This document shows, piece after piece, positions 62,212 through 64,000 of a DNA stretch of 64,000 bases. Under the pieces are notes generated by a model that did no database searches, had not been told where the DNA came from, and worked only from the letters and a program-made list of their open reading frames with translations. This stretch comes from an uncultured Pseudomonadota bacterium (lineage in GTDB: Bacteria > Pseudomonadota > Gammaproteobacteria > Methylococcales > Methylomonadaceae): contig CAIQDI010000004.1 in assembly GCA_903870545.1 (NCBI GenBank), forward strand, positions 27,848 through 91,847, read 5' to 3'. Both the position numbers and the translations under genes were made by a program. The first letter of the stretch is position 1. Each line of letters opens with the position of its first letter.

Positions 62212-63120
62212 ATGACAGACTATAAATTAACCCATTTAAAACAACTCGAAGCCGAAAGTATTCACATTATTCGTGAAGTCGCAGCAGAGTTTGAAAAACC
62301 TGTAATGTTGTATTCGATTGGTAAAGATTCGGCGGTAATGCTGCATTTAACCATGAAAGCGTTTTATCCCGCGCGTCCGCCTTTTCCGATGATGCACGTT
62401 GATACGACGTGGAAATTCAAAGAAATGATTGAATTCCGCGACAAAATGGTCGAAGAACTCGGTTTAGATTTAATCGTTCACACCAATCAAGACGGCGTGG
62501 ATATGAATATCAGCCCGTTTGTTCACGGCAGTAAAAAACATACTGACGTGATGAAAACGGACGGTTTGAAACAAGCCTTGAACAAATATCAATTTGATGC
62601 GGCATTTGGTGGCGCAAGACGTGACGAAGAAAAATCGCGTGCAAAAGAGCGTGTTTATTCATTCCGCGATAAAAATCACCGTTGGGATCCGAAAAATCAA
62701 CGTCCCGAATTATGGAACATTTACAACGGTAAAATCGACAAAGGCGAAAGTATTCGCGTGTTTCCGTTGTCGAATTGGACGGAGTTGGATATTTGGCAAT
62801 ATATTCATTTGGAACAGATTCCGATTGTGCCGTTGTATTTCGCCAAAGAACGTCCCGTTGTGGAACGCGACGGCATGTTGATTATGGTGGACGATGACCG
62901 TATGCCGATTGGCGAACATGAAAAAGTTGAAATGAAAAAAGTGCGTTTTCGGACGTTGGGCTGTTATCCATTAACAGGCGCGGTTGAATCGGAAGCGACG
63001 ACGTTACCTGAAATTATTCAAGAAATGCTGTTGACCACGACTTCTGAACGGCAAGGTCGCTTAATCGACCACGATCAAGCGGGTTCAATGGAACAGAAAA
63101 AACGCGAAGGCTATTTTTAA
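62212..63120 (+). CDS. cysD: Sulfate adenylyltransferase subunit 2 CysD
   Basis: 302-aa ORF with [19 protein letters not shown] (PP-loop) and [14 protein letters not shown]. Confidence 0.95.
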   Translation: MTDYKLTHLKQLEAESIHIIREVAAEFEKPVMLYSIGKDSAVMLHLTMKAFYPARPPFPMMHVDTTWKFKEMIEFRDKMVEELGLDLIVHTNQDGVDMNISPFVHGSKKHTDVMKTDGLKQALNKYQFDAAFGGARRDEEKSRAKERVYSFRDKNHRWDPKNQRPELWNIYNGKIDKGESIRVFPLSNWTELDIWQYIHLEQIPIVPLYFAKERPVVERDGMLIMVDDDRMPIGEHEKVEMKKVRFRTLGCYPLTGAVESEATTLPEIIQEMLLTTTSERQGRLIDHDQAGSMEQKKREGYF

Positions 63121-63135
63121 ACGCGAGCAAAAATC

Positions 63136-63579
63136 ATGAAAGCACAAACATTATACGAAAAAGATTTTTACGCTTGGGCATTGCAAAATGCCGCGTTGTT
63201 GAAAGCAAAACGTTTTGATGAATTGGACTTTGAGCATCTCGTAGAGGAATTGGAAAGCATGGGCAAAAGCGAAGGACGCGAGCTTAATAATCGACTCAAA
63301 GAATTGTTGATGCACTTGCTTAAATGGCATTACCAACCAGCGCGTCAAAGTCGCAGCTGGCTTAATTCGATTAACAAACAGCGGATTGGTATCGATGAGG
63401 TATTAGACGAAAACCCGAGCTTAAAATACGAACTCGAAGAACGTTTCCAGAACAGTTACAAATATGCTCGCCGTTATGCGTCTACGGAAACACAGTTGCC
63501 ATTAAATGCGTTTCCTGAAGAATGCCCTTATCGTTTGCAAGACGCTTTAAACGGTGATTTTTTTCCCATCAATCAATAA
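63136..63579 (+). CDS. DUF29 family protein
   Basis: 147-aa ORF with LYEKDFYAWALQNAALLKAKRFDELDFEHLVEELESMGKSE ... LLMHLLKWHYQP, the DUF29 signature as I recall it. It lies between cysD and cysN. Confidence 0.8.
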   Translation: MKAQTLYEKDFYAWALQNAALLKAKRFDELDFEHLVEELESMGKSEGRELNNRLKELLMHLLKWHYQPARQSRSWLNSINKQRIGIDEVLDENPSLKYELEERFQNSYKYARRYASTETQLPLNAFPEECPYRLQDALNGDFFPINQ

Positions 63580-63591
63580 AAAAGAAAATTT

Positions 63592-64000
63592 ATGTCCCAC
63601 CAATCCGATTTAATCAGCACCGATATTAACGCTTATTTAGCGCAACACGAACGCAAAGAATTAGTGCGTTTTTTAACTTGTGGCAACGTCGATGACGGCA
63701 AAAGTACGCTCATTGGGCGATTGTTGCACGATTCAAAAATGATTTACGAAGACCAACTTGCCGCCGTTTTAGCGGACAGTGCAAAATCTGGCACGACGGG
63801 CGCAGGCAAAATCGATTTAGCGTTGCTGGTCGATGGGCTGCAAGCCGAACGCGAACAAGGCATCACGATTGACGTGGCGTACCGTTATTTCTCAACGTCA
63901 ACGCGCAAATTCATCATTGCCGACACACCTGGACACGAACAATACACGCGCAACATGGCGACGGGCGCATCGACGTGTGACTTGGCGATTATCTTAATTG
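63592..64000 (+). CDS. cysN: Sulfate adenylyltransferase subunit 1 CysN, N-terminal part (runs off the window)
   Basis: Translation gives [45 protein letters not shown] ... [12 protein letters not shown], carrying the GTPase G1 and G3 motifs. Confidence 0.93.
   Translation, partial: MSHQSDLISTDINAYLAQHERKELVRFLTCGNVDDGKSTLIGRLLHDSKMIYEDQLAAVLADSAKSGTTGAGKIDLALLVDGLQAEREQGITIDVAYRYFSTSTRKFIIADTPGHEQYTRNMATGASTCDLAIILI

Overview
Chromosomal window from an AT-rich gammaproteobacterium. The assignment rests on gene order: ispG-pdxA-rsmA, groESL, hflK-hflC-hisZ...purA, dnaE and cysDN. A sulfur-oxidiser or Thiotrichales-like origin is only a guess. I count about 75 protein-coding genes and saw no rRNA, tRNA or CRISPR array. 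Most of the window is housekeeping: isoprenoid, PLP, Ser, Cys, His, Tyr and purine metabolism, chaperonins, RNase G, Tex, LpxD, MoaC, HflKC and DNA pol III alpha.

Items worth a second look:
1. A Family 2A (SrpI-like) encapsulin with a cysteine-desulfurase cargo lies in one strand-coherent cluster with cysK-cysE. The shell gene is interrupted by a 1-nt indel in a C7 run.
2. An AT-rich islet between serC and groESL carries a translationally coupled two-gene module: a minimal SMODS/CD-NTase-like nucleotidyltransferase plus a PD-(D/E)xK nuclease-like protein. This is a candidate CBASS-like or novel defence pair. The islet also holds a decayed hicBA locus.
3. A complete N-type (atpDC-Q-BEFAG order) alternative ATP synthase operon.
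4. A 3.4-kb insertion of toxin-antitoxin modules splits the conserved hisZ-purA junction. It includes a tightly coupled cassette of three unknown genes fused to a higBA pair; I consider this the best candidate for an undescribed system.
5. A 431-aa LAGLIDADG intein sits in dnaE at the GGADxLRR/AMGKK motif.
6. A perfect 22-bp CIRCE-like inverted repeat lies upstream of groES.
7. A DUF29 gene is wedged between cysD and cysN.

Two single-nucleotide frameshifts (encapsulin, hicB) mean either draft-quality sequence or real gene decay. All calls come from hand reading of the ORF track and the DNA; no database search was run.
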